The notes under the pieces are model-generated. The model was given only the letters and a program-made list of their open reading frames with translations. It had not been told where the DNA came from and did no database searches. From Alphaproteobacteria bacterium (lineage in GTDB: Bacteria > Pseudomonadota > Alphaproteobacteria > MPNO01 > UBA830), in assembly GCA_965214975.1 (NCBI GenBank), contig OZ244055.1:523314-587313 (forward strand): a stretch of DNA of 64,000 bases. The letters are read 5' to 3'. The first letter of the stretch is position 1, and each line of letters starts with the position of its first letter. Positions 19,402 to 28,603 of this stretch are shown in pieces. The position numbers and the translations under genes are program-made.

Positions 19402-20331
19402 CTACGCCGTTTCCTGCTCGAAATAGTCTTCGTCGATCCGCTTGATTTCGTGCCGTAGCCGCGTTCGCACGCCGACTCCGTGCCGGACCATCAGGCGCGC
19501 CAGTTCCTCGCCGTCGATCAGCACGATCCGCTTGGGACTCCGCGCCACGTAATCCTTCGCGGCGCGCGTGAAACCGGCGGTGGTGACGAACACGCCCTTG
19601 GTCGTGCCCGCAGCGTCGATCGCGCCTGCGAAGTTGCGCAGATCGCCTTCGCCCACGGCGTTGCCTTCAGCGTATCTCTTCGCCTGAACGTAGAGCTCGT
19701 CCAGGCCGAGCGCGTCCTCGCGGATCGTGCCGTCGATTCCGCCGTCGCCGGAACGTCCGGTCACGCGACCCATCGCGGTATCGCCACCGCCGTAGCCCAT
19801 CGCGATCAGCAGATCGACGACCACGCGTTCGAGAAATTCCGGTGCCGCACCGCGAACCCGATGCAGCACATCGGCTTCCAACGCGCTGCTCAACTGCCTG
19901 GCGGCACGGTCCAGCGCTTCCTCCGGCGTTTCGGCAATGTCGGCGCTGAGATTCTCCGTCGCTGCCTTGCCGGGAGACGCAGTGTTGGCCCGCCGCGACC
20001 ACTGAGCGTAATCCGGGTATTCTCCAAGCAGGTTCATGTCGATGCGCGAAGGCGTCCGCGACAACAGGCGTTCTCCCTCCTGCGTCAAGCGATAAACGCC
20101 GCGGCGGACCCGTTCCAGAAGACCGGCGCGCTCCATGTAGGTCACGGCCCAGCTGACGCGATTGACGAACACTGTCTGCCGGCCGCTCGGGAGCATCTCC
20201 CGAACATCTTCGGGAGCAAGTCCCTCGGCTGCGGCGATCCGCTCGCGGACTTCCGAAATCGGCGATTCAGCACCAACCACGAATGCCTTGAGGGCAGGGA
20301 GCATCAGCGACTGAAAATCAGGAACGGGCAT
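19402..20331 (-). CDS. mrr: Mrr-family (Type IV) restriction endonuclease
   Basis: Mrr N-terminal wHTH (PDFQSLMLP, LPSGRQTVFVNRVSWA) and catalytic GDGGIDG..DALGLD..YVQAKRY, KGVFVTT, IVLIDG. Confidence 0.93.
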   Translation of the reverse strand: MPVPDFQSLMLPALKAFVVGAESPISEVRERIAAAEGLAPEDVREMLPSGRQTVFVNRVSWAVTYMERAGLLERVRRGVYRLTQEGERLLSRTPSRIDMNLLGEYPDYAQWSRRANTASPGKAATENLSADIAETPEEALDRAARQLSSALEADVLHRVRGAAPEFLERVVVDLLIAMGYGGGDTAMGRVTGRSGDGGIDGTIREDALGLDELYVQAKRYAEGNAVGEGDLRNFAGAIDAAGTTKGVFVTTAGFTRAAKDYVARSPKRIVLIDGEELARLMVRHGVGVRTRLRHEIKRIDEDYFEQETA

Positions 20332-20650
20332 CGGCCATCGCCTCCCATGCCGCCGATTGCCGAGGCGTCACCTTCTCGTCGATCTCGCGACCTGCCGCGA
20401 CCTCCGCCCGGCGGAGCTCCCAGGTCTTCTGCAAGTTCATCCACAGTTGCGGCGTCGTCCCGAAATACCGGGCCAGCCGCAGCGCCGTGTCGGCGCTTAC
20501 ACCCCGCTGGCCGTTCAGGATCATCGTCACCCGGTTCACCGGCACGCCCAGCGCCTTCGACAGCGCGTTGGCGGACAACCCGAGCCCGTCGAGTTCGTCG
20601 CGCAGGATCTCGCCCGGATGCACCGGCCTCATGCCGTTCTTCGCGTTCAT
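20318..20650 (-). CDS. higA: HigA/VapI-family antitoxin (XRE HTH)
   Basis: MRPVHPGEIL..LGVPVNRVTMILNGQRGVSADTALRLARYFGTTPQLWMNLQ. Confidence 0.9.
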   Translation of the reverse strand: MNAKNGMRPVHPGEILRDELDGLGLSANALSKALGVPVNRVTMILNGQRGVSADTALRLARYFGTTPQLWMNLQKTWELRRAEVAAGREIDEKVTPRQSAAWEAMADARS

Positions 20651-21385
20651 GCCAGATGCCTTCAGTAACAATCGACGTAACTGCCCAGATACTCTATCTC
20701 CGGTGACGGCGTGCCGGCAACTGTCGCCGCGGAGGTGGCGCCTGCTCACTTGTTGACACTGTAGCCCTGCAACCACCCAGGTGCCCTGCATCATTTTCAG
20801 GTTCTTTCTCGCGACAGCGTCGGCAGGCTCCCGGCTTCGCCGGAGCGTGCGGTGCGACAGCGGGGCGGTTCATGCCTCGCACCTTTCGCGTTCCATCCTG
20901 GAATCACCGAGGCCGTAGGAACCTGCACCATTCTCACGTCCGCTTCGTCCCGAAATCGTTGCCCGTGATCGTGGCGATGCGATAGCGGGCGAAGAGCCCT
21001 TGCGGCGTCGTCGGCGAAATGCCGGCCTCGCGTTCTGGGCACGCGTGCCTCGCAGCCGACGGCGTGACTTCTCGAATCCGGAGTTCGCCCAAGAGTTCCT
21101 TCACCTCGTGCGGCATCGTCGTCTTGCCGCCGGACTGGTCGTGGATCCGCATACCCGATGGCGAGGGAGGGACGGGCCGTGAGGCTCCCCATTGTCCGGT
21201 CTCCCTGCGGCCGGTCGGCATCTCGGTTGGCGGTCCGCGATCCGCTCCGCGACCTTCGCGGGTTGAAACGATCCGTCGCGGCCATGATTTCCCCGCCCGG
21301 CGGGAGATTTTCCCGTCCGGAGGCCGTTCGCTTGCGATTTGCACCGAAGCATGTTGAAACGCGGACATCGCACGGGATCCAGGCA

Positions 21386-21781
21386 ATGGATGAAGACTTC
21401 GAGGACGCGCACGACCGTCACTGGAGGGATGCGGAACGTCTGTTTGGATGCTTGGCGTGGGCAAATGCCGGTCATCTGTACGGGCTGAGCCCCGAATGCG
21501 GCCTGAAAGCGGTGCTCGTCGCCGAGGGCCAACCGGTTGAGACGTCGTGCAGGCAGCATCTCGACGGGCTGCGGCCGGAGTCCGTGAGCCGCTCCCGGGG
21601 GCGAACGGGAACCGCCCACCTTTCCACGCTGCCGGTTGGCACCTCTTTCGGGAACCGGCGGGTTGGCCAGCGCCATGCGCGCCAACGGCACTCCGGGATG
21701 GCATGTGTCGAGCCGCATCGCGACGCGGCACGCAAGGTCCGTGCCATGCTCCAAGCCGCGAAGCGAGGTGGCCAGCCGTGA
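21386..21781 (+). CDS. HEPN-like small helical protein
   Basis: DFEDAHDRHWRDAERLF..ANAGHLYGLSPECGLKAVL resembles HEPN helices 1-2 (DAxxL..A.YLxGxAxECxLK). Its stop overlaps the next start (GTGA). Confidence 0.6.
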   Translation: MDEDFEDAHDRHWRDAERLFGCLAWANAGHLYGLSPECGLKAVLVAEGQPVETSCRQHLDGLRPESVSRSRGRTGTAHLSTLPVGTSFGNRRVGQRHARQRHSGMACVEPHRDAARKVRAMLQAAKRGGQP

Positions 21782-23073
21782 CAGACAGTGCTGTCTTCTT
21801 CGATGACATGCGAGAGCGCGTCGAGAACGCCATCGATGGAGCGGCGGCCGTGCCGAACGGGGTCGATCGCGTGTATCTGGTGCGGGATCTGTCCGGCAAG
21901 CTGCGCATATCGGTATCGGATGCCTCGGAAGAGGACGATCGCGTCCGCAGTTCGCTGGAACGGCTCGCTCGCGCCTTGGGTGCGGTTCTGGGTGCGCATG
22001 GATACCCCTCGGACGAGGCCGTCCTGTTCGTGGGTCGCGCATTGCTGGAAACCCTTGACGACACGGCCCGGGAGATTCGTCCGGGCGTCTTTCTCGCCGA
22101 GCGGTTGGTGACCGGGCACGGCTGGTGGACGGTCGGCAAGAAGGAGGAAAACGCCACGCCCGAGCGCATCACCCTGTATTCGGTCAAGGGCGGATTGGGG
22201 CGCAGCACGACCGCTGCGGTGGTTACCCGGCATCTTGCGCGCAACGGGGAACGGGTGCTGGCGGTCGACCTGGATATCGAGTCGCCCGGCCTCTCCTCGG
22301 TGATGCTCGAGGCGGAACGGCGGCCGGAATTCGGCCTGGTCGACTGGTTCGTCGAGGATCTGGTCGGGCAGGGAGACCGGGTGATCGAGAACATGCTGGC
22401 CGCCCCGGCCTGGTCGCAGGATTTCGAGGGTGATGTCCGCGTGGCACCCGCACACGGCCGCGATCCCGGAGAGTACCTGGCCAAGCTGGGGCGCGTGTAC
22501 ATGGACAGGCCGAACGAACCCTGGACGGCCCGCCTCGAACGTGTCCTGGCGAACCTGGAAACCCGGTTCAGACCGACGGTGGTGCTGCTGGAAAGCCGCG
22601 ACGGCCTGCACGATATCGCGGCTGCGTCCGTCACGGACCTCGATGCAAGGGCGTTGCTGTTCGCGACCGACTCTGAAAGCGTCTGGAGCGACTACCGCAT
22701 TCTGTTCCGTCATTGGCGCGAAAGAAACCTGGCTGAATCCATCAGGGAACGTCTTTCGGTGGTATCGGCTCTGACGCCTGTGTCGACTAGGGACGAATAT
22801 GTCGCAGGCTTCCGGACGCAGGCATGGGAGCTGTTCCGTGATCACCTTTACGACGAGATGGAGCCGGGGGGCGCGTCGACGGACGGCTTTTCGTTCGACC
22901 TGAACGAGGAAAACGCGCCCCACCACCCTATGGAAATCGCCTGGACGCCCGACCTCGCGGCAGGCGCTTCGTTGCGGGATCTGGACGGGCAAGCCGTCGA
23001 TTCGGCCTACGGGAGGTTCCTGAAAGCGTTCGATGCAGGCGTTTGCGCGACTGGCACTGGGAACGAAGGGTGA
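21778..23073 (+). CDS. ParA/MinD-like P-loop ATPase (KGGxGRS deviant Walker A) with N-terminal extension
   Basis: TLYSVKGGLGRSTT, VLAVDLDIESPGL, GLVDWFVE and VLLESRDGLHD. Confidence 0.85.
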   Translation: MTDSAVFFDDMRERVENAIDGAAAVPNGVDRVYLVRDLSGKLRISVSDASEEDDRVRSSLERLARALGAVLGAHGYPSDEAVLFVGRALLETLDDTAREIRPGVFLAERLVTGHGWWTVGKKEENATPERITLYSVKGGLGRSTTAAVVTRHLARNGERVLAVDLDIESPGLSSVMLEAERRPEFGLVDWFVEDLVGQGDRVIENMLAAPAWSQDFEGDVRVAPAHGRDPGEYLAKLGRVYMDRPNEPWTARLERVLANLETRFRPTVVLLESRDGLHDIAAASVTDLDARALLFATDSESVWSDYRILFRHWRERNLAESIRERLSVVSALTPVSTRDEYVAGFRTQAWELFRDHLYDEMEPGGASTDGFSFDLNEENAPHHPMEIAWTPDLAAGASLRDLDGQAVDSAYGRFLKAFDAGVCATGTGNEG

Positions 23074-23166
23074 TCGACATGGTGCGGTTCCTGGATTCCG
23101 CATAACGTGCAACTGCCCAAGCACCCCGCCTCCGGTGACGGCGCCGTCCGGGTGCTCGAAGCAGGG

Positions 23167-23486
23167 TCAGCCGCTTTGGGATTGTCCGGGAGGACTTCTC
23201 CGCGCGCTGTCGTCGACAAGATTGGGCATCTCTCCGCATTCCAGTGAATCGAATGCTTGGAGCACGTAGCGTTGCGTGCGGTATTCGCCGAACTCTTTCA
23301 TTTCGCGCTGCTTGAGGGACGGAAAGGACGAGCTTGGCGCCGGGGCGTCCAGAATCCACTCGAGATCGGTGCGGCTGAGCCCGTACATGCGGGCGAAAAT
23401 GGCGTCGAGCTCGCATCGAAGGTGGTAGCGGCGTCGCTCGTTCCAAGGGAAAGGCGGGCCATCGTAGCCGAGGGCAATGGCGAAAC
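23167..23486 (-). pseudogene. 3' fragment of a large Type IIG RM / N6 DNA methylase gene
   Basis: ALGYDGPPFPWNERRRYHLRCELDAIFARMYGLSRTDLEWIL..FP..EFGEYRTQRYVLQAFD is the characteristic C-terminus. No MTase motifs lie upstream. Confidence 0.75.
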
Positions 23487-23848
23487 CTGATCGTCGTCGA
23501 CGGCATGAGCGGATACATCCCAATTGGCCTCGTTGCGTTGACCATAGAGGGCGCGGAGCGGCTCTGCGACAGGCTACGCGCGAAGCCCGAACTCACGCGA
23601 GACGACTGGACTGGATCCGCCGCACGCTCCATGCGCGCTGAAACCCCGGAGCCCGGCGACCCCCACCGCGCACTGAGCCCGCGTCACGTTCTGAATTCGG
23701 CCAACATCTCCACTCGCTCTCCCCGTCATCCGCAGCGCTCGACAGCCCCACGGCACATGGCGAAACGTCCGCATTCCGAGCTGCCGTACTGCGGTCGCTC
23801 GGGTCATCACGACTCCCCCACCGCCGGCCGACACCCGCGGACACACCC

Positions 23849-23877
23849 TTGACACCCGGGTTATCCGTTCCCACACT
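23849..23877 (+). promoter_or_regulatory. Putative sigma70 promoter for the DUF3800 gene
   Basis: TTGACA-N17-CACACT, about 90 bp upstream of the TTG start. Confidence 0.35.
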
Positions 23878-23965
23878 TTCCGTAGAAACTCTCTATTGTC
23901 GACCCCGCGTGGGCGGCGGACCCTATGGCCACCATCCGGTGGCCATAGCTTTTCCGGGGGCGTCG

Positions 23966-24804
23966 TTGCGAATTTGTGTCGTTGACGAAGCCGGGGATCT
24001 CGGCGCACTTGGCGACCCTCCCCGGCCAAACGACCAACCCGTCCTCGTCATAGGCGGTCTCTTCATCGATGTCGCGAACCTTGCTGGCCTCACCGACGAC
24101 TTTCTGACTCTGAAGTACCAGCACTTCCCCGGCTTGCCCTATCCCTCCGACAAGACCTTGGACCGCATCCTGCCCGAGATCAAAGGAACGGCCTTCGCAG
24201 CAACACAACACGTGGAACTCCAAGACAACGGAGGCATGCCATCGGCTTCCTCGACCGAATCCTCGGTCTGCTGCGCCATCACGACGTCAGGATGGTTGCA
24301 CGCATCCGGGTGAAGGGCCTTGGCTCGCGCTTCGATGCCACGCCGGTATACACATCCTCGATACAGGGGATCTGTGCCTATTTCGAACGCTACCTGACTG
24401 AGATCGACAGCACCGACCTTTGCATCGCCGACAGCCGAAACAAATTCAAGAATGTCATCGTTTCCCATTCCATTTTCACGCAAAAATTCAGCCTGGTAGC
24501 GCAGAGCTACCAACGCCTCATTGAACTGCCGACCTTCGGTCACAGTGACAACCATGCCGGTCTTCAGATCTGTGACATCGTCTGTTCCGTGCTGCTCTGC
24601 CCCATCGCCTGCTTCGCCTATTGCATGGGTCACGTGAACAATGTCCATGTGCAACCGAGCGTCGCAAACCTCAGGCGCCGTTACGGGCAGCAGTTGAAAG
24701 CTCTCCAATACCGATACCAGAATCCGGTGACCGCCCGTTACGAGGGCGGGGTCGTCGTTTCTGATGCCATCGGCCACCGAAACGGCTCCTTGGTGTTTCG
24801 CTGA
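23966..24804 (+). pseudogene. DUF3800-family protein, frameshifted near 24192
   Basis: The first frame has ICVVDEAG..PVLVIGG..EIKG; the second has IADSRN..HSDNHAGLQICD. Adding one base near 24192 restores KGTDLR..HAIGFLDRI. Confidence 0.75.
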
Positions 24805-24839
24805 AATCGGGCTCTCGCGTGAAGGTTGGACTGAGCTTG

Positions 24840-25166
24840 CGGCGCGATCCATCGCCGGCAGCATCCGCTCCACCGCCGCGCGGTTGTCGCTTCCGCCGCA
24901 GGTCTCGCAATGCGCGGCGGAGACGCGGTGGAGACAAGGACCGGCTCGCGCGTTTCGCCGGGGGACGGCAGGCAGGCGGGTTGCCGGCAGTGCCGCGCGA
25001 AGGCCGCGCCGAGCGCCCGGTCGGCCGCCTCGATCTTCGCCGCGGCGATCCGGGTCTTGCCGGGCCGGGTCAGCCCGTCGCGGTGCAGCCGCTCCAGCGC
25101 CCGTTCGGCGCCTTCGCCCTCGAAGCCGCGCGACGACAGCAGTTCCGACAGCGCCAGATCGTCCAT
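24840..25166 (-). pseudogene. Truncated, frameshifted Cys-containing hypothetical protein
   Basis: MDDLALSELL..GLTRPGKTRIA..CRQPAC continues in another frame as HCETCGGSDNRAAVERM. The shift coincides with an 11-bp duplication at 24914-24935. Confidence 0.55.
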
Positions 25167-25532
25167 TCACTTGCCTTCTGTCTGGGTCCGCGCGCCGTCC
25201 CGAGGCGGAGCGGCGCTTCGGGGAGCCGGGCCGTCCGCAATCCCGCATCGAGTCCCGGACGAAGCATCGTATTCGAACACACTCCCCTCGTCGGGAACGC
25301 GGCGGGCCGCCTCCTTCCATCGACAGCGACAGGAGCTTGCCGCCCAGCCACACGATACTTGCGCCACTTGCGCCACCCTGCCGCCGCAACGCCGCGCCGC
25401 CGCCGTCGTCGGCCGATGCCCCCCCCCGCACCGCAGAGAGGTTGAGCCTGGCCGCGAGCGGGGAGGCGGATGGATGTCCGGGGAGAGGACATCGCCGCCG
25501 TTCCCGACCACCGGCAGGACGGAGACGGCACC

Positions 25533-25800
25533 ATGACGACAGCGATGCCGATGCCCGGCAACACGGCGTCCACGTTCCTGATCCACCTCTTCGGCGGCGG
25601 CCTCGAGGACGACCGCTACGTCGTCGAGAAGTTCACCGCCATGGCGGACGGCGACCTCCGCCCGGTCCGGCCCGAGGCGCCGAAGTCGAAGGGCCGGGGC
25701 AAGGCCAAGCGCGTCACCGCCACCCTGAAGGAGGTCGGGGAGATGCAGCCCGCGCGCACCGAGATCATCGTCTGCACGGGCCTGCGCACCCGCGGCGGCC
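25533..25800 (+). pseudogene. Probable 5' gene fragment of unknown family
   Basis: GGAG precedes ATG 25533. Codon usage is gene-like up to ~25800, then becomes non-coding in character. Confidence 0.35.
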
Positions 25801-26046
25801 AGCCAATTCTGGGGTTCGGTGGCCGCGGGCCTGTTCCGCGACCGCAGGCAGAGGGGCTGAGCGGCGTTCTCCGGGGGCGTCCCGCCGGCACTGCGCCGGC
25901 CGGGCGTCCTTCTTCCGGATTCCACTTCTGGCTCGGAGGACGACGAACATGGCTTGCAAAGACCTTGAGGTCGGCCGCGTGCGCGACCGCGAGCGTTTCC
26001 GCAAGCGCGCCGCCGAACGCCCCGCCCAGGGGCTCTGCATCGGAGA

Positions 26047-27300
26047 TCAGGGCATCGGCGGATCCCGCTCCCGCTCGCGGCGGGTTCCCTCGGCGTCCGC
26101 TTGCGGGAAGGCCGCGAGCAGCGCCCGCAGCGCGATCGGGGCGACAATGCAGGTGACCAGGGAGACCACCACCATGCCGGAGAAATAGCCGGCCGGCACG
26201 ACGTCCGCGCCCTGCCGGCGCGCTTCGCTCATGACCACCATCGCGATCTCCGCCCGCGGCACCATGCTGACGCCGAGGATCGCGGCCCCGGCGGCGCCGG
26301 TCGACAAGAGCGCCGGCAGACCGGCGCCGAGTACCTTGCCGGGGATCGCCGCGAGCAGCAGGACGCCGCCAACCGCCGCGCCCGCCGGCAGCGCCGCCGG
26401 ATCGATGGCAAGCCCGATGCCGATGAAGAAGAACGGCACGAAGAGGTCGTGCAACGCGCCGAACGACGCGTCGGCGTGCGCCGCCAGCGGGTCGCGGCTG
26501 AACACGAGGCCCGCGAACAGCGCGCCGATCGCGAGCGAGAATCCCAGCAGCCCGGCGGCGGCGGCGATGATGACGCCAACGCCGACGATCATCAGCATCG
26601 GGTCCGGGGCCGGCTCGAACCGGTTCATGAAGACGGTGATCCGCCGCTCGGCGTGGCGGGAGAGGAGGAAGCACAGCATCCCGAAGAGCAGCGCCTTGAC
26701 CAGCGCGACACCCGCCGCCTGTCCGCCGATCAACACGAGCGAACCCTCGGCCCCGCCAGCCAGCACCGGCAGCAGGCTGAACAGGAGGATCATCAGCAGG
26801 ATCGCCGAGAGGTCGTCGAGTTCGGCCACGTCGATGAAGAGCGCGCCCGCGCGCGAGCGCAGCTGGCCTGCCTCCTGCCAGACGCTGACGCCGACGCCGA
26901 CGCTGGTCGCTGTGAGCGCGACGGCGACCACCAGACTCGGCACCAGCGGCGCGTCGAGCAGGTAGCGCGCCGCGAGGAAGCCGCCGCCGCCGCTCGCCAG
27001 CATGTTGACGAGCCAGATCGTCGCCGCGCGCGGGATCACCCGAACCAGCCCGCGCAGGTTGCTCTCGATCCCGACCCGGAACAGCAGCGCGAAAACCCCG
27101 AGCTGCGCCAGCAGGGCAAGTTGCGCGCGGGAGGTCTCGTTCAGCACCGCGGTCTCGGCGTCGAGCGAGCGCAGCGCGAAGCCGAGCAGGACAAAGCCGA
27201 TCAGCGAGGGAACGCCGACCCGCCGGAAGCCGATGCGGACCGCGATCGAGAGCACCACCAGCACCCCGACGAGGAGGACGTTGAGCGAGGCGTCAAACAT
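26047..27300 (-). CDS. Cation:proton antiporter (CPA2/Kef-type)
   Basis: About 12 TM helices; LLFRVGIE, TATSVG, AELDDL, FVPFFFIGIG and MVPRAE. Confidence 0.9.
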   Translation of the reverse strand: MFDASLNVLLVGVLVVLSIAVRIGFRRVGVPSLIGFVLLGFALRSLDAETAVLNETSRAQLALLAQLGVFALLFRVGIESNLRGLVRVIPRAATIWLVNMLASGGGGFLAARYLLDAPLVPSLVVAVALTATSVGVGVSVWQEAGQLRSRAGALFIDVAELDDLSAILLMILLFSLLPVLAGGAEGSLVLIGGQAAGVALVKALLFGMLCFLLSRHAERRITVFMNRFEPAPDPMLMIVGVGVIIAAAAGLLGFSLAIGALFAGLVFSRDPLAAHADASFGALHDLFVPFFFIGIGLAIDPAALPAGAAVGGVLLLAAIPGKVLGAGLPALLSTGAAGAAILGVSMVPRAEIAMVVMSEARRQGADVVPAGYFSGMVVVSLVTCIVAPIALRALLAAFPQADAEGTRRERERDPPMP

Positions 27301-27683
27301 CACCCGGGATCCGCCACGATAGGAGCCTGTCCGATCGCGCCGAACGACAACCGATCGAACGCTTCGCGATCTATCGTCCGACGATAGTCGCGCCGCTCCT
27401 CCCGGACCCTGCCGGTCACTTTGTGCGCCGCATCCACGCCAGTCCTCGTAACGCGGTGCTGCCTGCTTTCCACGAGGGGAATCGCAACGGACCGACAAAC
27501 GGACCGAACGCGGGGCGCGCCGCTCGACCGGCCCGTGCATCGAGGCGGTCGACGGGGAGTCCGAGCCGTTCCCGCGGCGCGAATCCGCGGACGGCCCCCT
27601 TGCCGCCGCAAGGCGCTTCCGCCCGGGGATCCTCGAACTCGCGCCGACCCGTTCGCGATCATGCGGCTCCCGGGATCAGGGCG

Positions 27684-27854
27684 CTAGCGGACCGGGATGC
27701 CCAGCCCCGCGCAAAGCGACACGATCACCGACTGGATCAGGTAGACGTTGGCCGCCGCGGGAACCGCGATGATGCCGACGAGCACCAGGATGCCGATCAG
27801 GACGTATTCCGGCGGCACCTTCCGTCGCGGCCTGTTCCGGGAAATCTCGTTCAT
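27684..27854 (-). CDS. Small membrane protein (56 aa)
   Basis: MNEISRNRPRRKVPPEYVLIGILVLVGIIAVPAAANVYLIQSVIVSLCAGLGIPVR: basic N-terminus, hydrophobic helix, GC3-rich codons. Confidence 0.55.
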   Translation of the reverse strand: MNEISRNRPRRKVPPEYVLIGILVLVGIIAVPAAANVYLIQSVIVSLCAGLGIPVR

Positions 27855-28070
27855 GGCTCGTCCGCTGCCGGGTCCGCTTCCGCCGGAGTCGGGCCGCGGA
27901 GGCCGGTTCGGCGGTTCCTTCCGGTTGCCGCGCCAGTATCGCCGGATTCGCGGAGCCGAAGCAAGGGGCGCGCGCGCCGGAGACCGCTCCGCGCGCGGCG
28001 CCCGGCTTGGGTCCGGCGGCGAAACCGGGTACACTCCGGTCTTCGGCAGCCACGCGTCGGGAGAGAGCCC

Positions 28071-28589
28071 ATGAGCGCAGGAACGAGCGCAGATGCGTCG
28101 CCTCGCGGCCGGTCGGTCGTGATGCAGCCCGGCGAGGGGCCGAGCTGGTGGCAGCCGGTTCCGGCGAACGGCCATGCGGATCCGAAGCTCTTCCCCGGCA
28201 ACACCGGGTTCGACGGGCTGTCCATGGGCTACCAGACCATTGCCGCGGGCGGCCGGGTGCGGCCGCATTCGCATGGCGACCAGGTCGAGATCCAGGTCTG
28301 CTTCCGCGGTCGCGGCCACGTGCTGGTCGACGGCGCGCGCCACGACCTCGTTCCGGGATCGGCCTGCTTTCTCGGGCACGGCGTCCGGCACGAGATCGTC
28401 AACGAGGGCGCGGAGGATCTCGTCATGCTGTGGGTCATCGCGCCGCCGGGCCTCGAGAGCTTCTTCGAGGCGGTCGGCCGGCGCCGGCAACCCGGCGACC
28501 CCGCGCCCGAGCCCTTCGAGAGGCCCGGGGACGTCGTCGCCATCGAGCGCTCTCTCGGCATGGACGGCACCGAGCGCGTGACCGGCTAG
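28071..28589 (+). CDS. Cupin-domain protein
   Basis: Cupin motifs HSHxxQxE and HEIVN. Confidence 0.85.
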   Translation: MSAGTSADASPRGRSVVMQPGEGPSWWQPVPANGHADPKLFPGNTGFDGLSMGYQTIAAGGRVRPHSHGDQVEIQVCFRGRGHVLVDGARHDLVPGSACFLGHGVRHEIVNEGAEDLVMLWVIAPPGLESFFEAVGRRRQPGDPAPEPFERPGDVVAIERSLGMDGTERVTG

Positions 28590-28603
28590 GACGGCGGCGG
28601 GGC

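Noticed and set aside
20753-20790. TTGACA hexamer
   Set aside because: No plausible -10 element at 16-18 bp spacing.
20797-21357. Short ORFs between higA and the HEPN-like gene
   Set aside because: No recognisable family; probably decayed sequence.
21778-23073. Chromosome-partition ParA or MinD
   Set aside because: Variant Walker A, extra domains, no parB/minCE, and island context.
25800-25935. Possible small MITE interrupting the 25533 fragment
   Set aside because: The ends share only a few inverted bases and there is no second copy in the window.
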